64,000 bases of DNA from Chrysomallon squamiferum. Taxonomy: Eukaryota; Animalia; Mollusca. The notes beneath the pieces were generated by a model. That model worked only from the letters and a program-made list of their open reading frames with translations. It did no database searches and was not told where the DNA came from. The translations under genes and the position numbers were made by a program. Numbering within the stretch: the first letter of the stretch is position 1; every line of letters starts with the position of its first letter. Below are positions 56,867-64,000 of the stretch, piece after piece. The DNA lies in assembly GCA_012295275.1 (NCBI GenBank), contig CM022670.1, positions 22,940,001 to 23,004,000 on the forward strand. The letters are read 5' to 3'.

Positions 56867-57235
56867 ATAGATAAACCGGTTCGTGAAAACAAAAATGATT
56901 TGTTAAAACATTATCTTGATCAATGACAACAGTTATCTGCCTGCACCGTTTTACGAGACAATTACTTAGGGAAAATGCATTTCCTGTATCCACATCACTT
57001 TGTCTCGGACAAGACTTATGGATCTCTCTGCCTGTCTTTGTGTTCCCGCACGTATATTAACAAAAATACATATAACACTCCAACACACCCAAACAACACC
57101 CATATGTATATATATACATATAAATAATCTTATCTAATTATCTGTTTATGACTCCGCATCTCTGCTTATCTGTCAATAATTCTGTCTGTCTGTTTGTCTA
57201 TCGTTGATCTATCTGTCTATGGTTTATTTTTTCAG

Positions 57236-61588
<4,353 letters not shown>

Positions 61589-61722
61589 AATCGAGGCTTA
61601 CAAACATTCAACACCAGTAAAGCAGAAAGAAAAAAATTAAAGAGTTAAACTCTTGTATCTTTTTGTTTTCTTTGCTTTTTAAATTATTATTATTATTATT
61701 ATTTTTTTTTTTTTATTATTAT

Positions 61723-61758
<36 letters not shown>

Positions 61759-64000
61759 AGTGAGTGCCTTTCAAACAGAAGCAAAGGCCATGTTTGAAAT
61801 AAATAAATAAATAAATAAATAAAAACAAAAAAAAAAAAAAAAAAAAAAAAAAAAGAAAGAAAGACAAAAGACAGAAGCAAATAAAACATCATGGCCTGAT
61901 GCATTAAACTGTAAAATGATGCTGAGGTCCTATTTGATAAACGTCACTGGAGAACAAATAATTTTATTAGAGGTCCCTTCAGATAGCGAGACCCTTGTTT
62001 GGATTATGTTAAAATCCGGCTATGTCAAACATCATTTAAATCAATAATTAAATTTGGGATTTAGCATTCGAAAAACGAAAACAATAACTATTAAATATAA
62101 ACGTCAAATTGAAATAAACAGAACACACTCACACCTTCCCAAACAGATAAATAAAACACACAAAACAAACACATTAACGTTTAGCAAAATAAAACAAACA
62201 GCGTATTAACGTTTAAAAAAAAAAAAAAAAAAAAAAAATAAAATAAAATAAAAAAATAAATAAATAAAAATCCCAACAAAACAACAAGAAACTACTATCT
62301 AAAATTATCATGATTCATTACTCCAAAACAAATATTCAACCATCTTACGTGGCAAGAAAAAAACCCAAAAACAAACAAATAAAATAAAATAAAATAAAAT
62401 AAAATAAAATAAAATAAAATAAAATAAAATAAAAATGTAAAATAAATTAAATAACAATAAAAAAATTCATGAATTTATGTAAATGTAAAATATATATGTC
62501 TACAACATCTGGAGCATGGGTTGCCAAACGTTTTTTTTATCCATACCACCCGTTTCATGAGGTTATAAAAATCTGGAAGCTCCCAGCGAAACTTTTTATA
62601 TTAAATATTGTAAAAATTTAAATGTTTTATCAAATAACAATGACTGCGGTTACTATATCAACTGTATTTAAGAAAGAAAACACGTTTACGATTAATCAAA
62701 CAACATGACATTTTTTTTTTTACAGGGCTAATAATGTTGTAAGTTTTAGTCTTAAACATCTTTTTTCTTCCAAGTTCATCATATTTCGCAACCTAATTAG
62801 AACTACGTCAGCTGTCAGCACGGCCTTAATCCAGTTTCAACCATAAGCGAAATGGAGAATGCTAAAATAAAAGGTAGAATACTTGCAAAAAATTTTGCCC
62901 TATCTAATTTTAATTATTTAATTCCATTAAAATAATTCATTAGTCCTAAGAGCGATTTTTCGCAACTGTTCAGTGAGAAGAAAAAAAAAAGAAGAAAAAT
63001 ATGTTCAAGAGGAGGCGGGTGGAGCGAATGCGACTGTCTCCACGGTTTGCGCAACAGATTTTTCGCAATCACTGTTTAGAATTTGACGTTATAACCATGA
63101 GGTGATTTCCCTCGACCAGAATGTTTTCCAGAAAGAGGCGCTGTTATTCATGTACAAAAACATAAAATACCATACAACAGAACACTCAAAATATTTGCGA
63201 AATTTTATGCGAATATCACGTCTGGTGTGCAACGGCCATTAATAGTTCGTCAGACATTTCTTCTTACGTTTTTTTTTTTTTTTTTTTTGTCTTCACAATA
63301 TACAAATGGTAAAGTTTTAAGATTTCTAAAAAAAAAAAAAAAAAAAAAAAAATAATTAAAAAAAAAAAGAACGAAAAAGTCCTAATAACCAGTTTATCTC
63401 TCAACTACCCTATAAAGACCCTTTAATTACTATATGTTTTAGATTTTTAATAATCATAATACAGCAGCTTTAAATAATTAAACCCTCTAATATTTAACAA
63501 AACTTTTACCCCTAGACTTTTATTGTCATGTGGGTGGTTTTTGCGGTTTTGTTTGTGTTTTTGTTGGCTCTTTTTATATAAATTTTCAGTCTGGCGTCTT
63601 ACAACCAACAGCTCTCTATCCGTTATATTCTTACAGAGAGGAAAATGTATCAACTAGGCTGGAGACACTGGGTGGAACGGTAAAATAATCAAAATGGCAC
63701 GCTCTGTCGTACTGATTTTTTTTCGTAACGCATCAGGCCACTTCTCTTAGCAAACTGAAATACTATTTCTCGCCTCACTGCACAGACTACATGATTTACA
63801 TAATTATATATTCGATATTTAAATGACATTTCAGATATCTTCTTCTACGTGGATAACATCTTGAACTAAAATATGCGACGAAGACATTTTGGACACTGCT
63901 CCGAGCTAATGACCCAGTGACTCTACGTACAGACACGCAATAAAACTAGTTTAAACTGTTTCTTGTGAAAATAAATCATAACTACGAACTTTTTCACGTA

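Noticed and set aside
62980-64000. CpG-richer right end as the start of another gene
   Set aside because: It may be a promoter, but no ORF or exon could be supported within the window.

Overview
Very AT-rich, microsatellite-dense, intron-rich eukaryotic DNA. It is metazoan; a lophotrochozoan such as a mollusc is my inference only. I reconstructed four multi-exon genes by hand from splice sites and codon phase. (1) On the minus strand, a compact tandem-EH-domain + coiled-coil endocytic adaptor with intersectin-like EH domains (ATG 23723, running to the left edge). (2) Divergently on the plus strand, a complete 35-coding-exon nucleoporin Nup155 gene (29587-47630, about 1389 aa). It has a U12-type intron, a probable GC-AG intron and a 1-nt frameshift in exon 17. 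(3) Convergent with Nup155, a CXorf65/C22orf15-family gene (53163-49230, minus) with a candidate 24-nt microexon and an in-frame upstream ORF. (4) A secreted F-type lectin + C-type lectin chimera (57236-61588, plus) with both sugar-binding signatures altered. The most unusual structure lies inside Nup155. An inverted copy of its own exon17-intron17-exon18 segment sits in a CA repeat in intron 15, so the pre-mRNA could form a long hairpin over splice sites. A copy of the exon-12 donor has also been pasted into intron 17. The window also holds a Tc1/mariner-type MITE, local tandem duplications, short hairpins and many simple repeats. Most entries in the six-frame ORF track are microsatellite or intron artefacts. 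I saw no rRNA, tRNA or CRISPR features.
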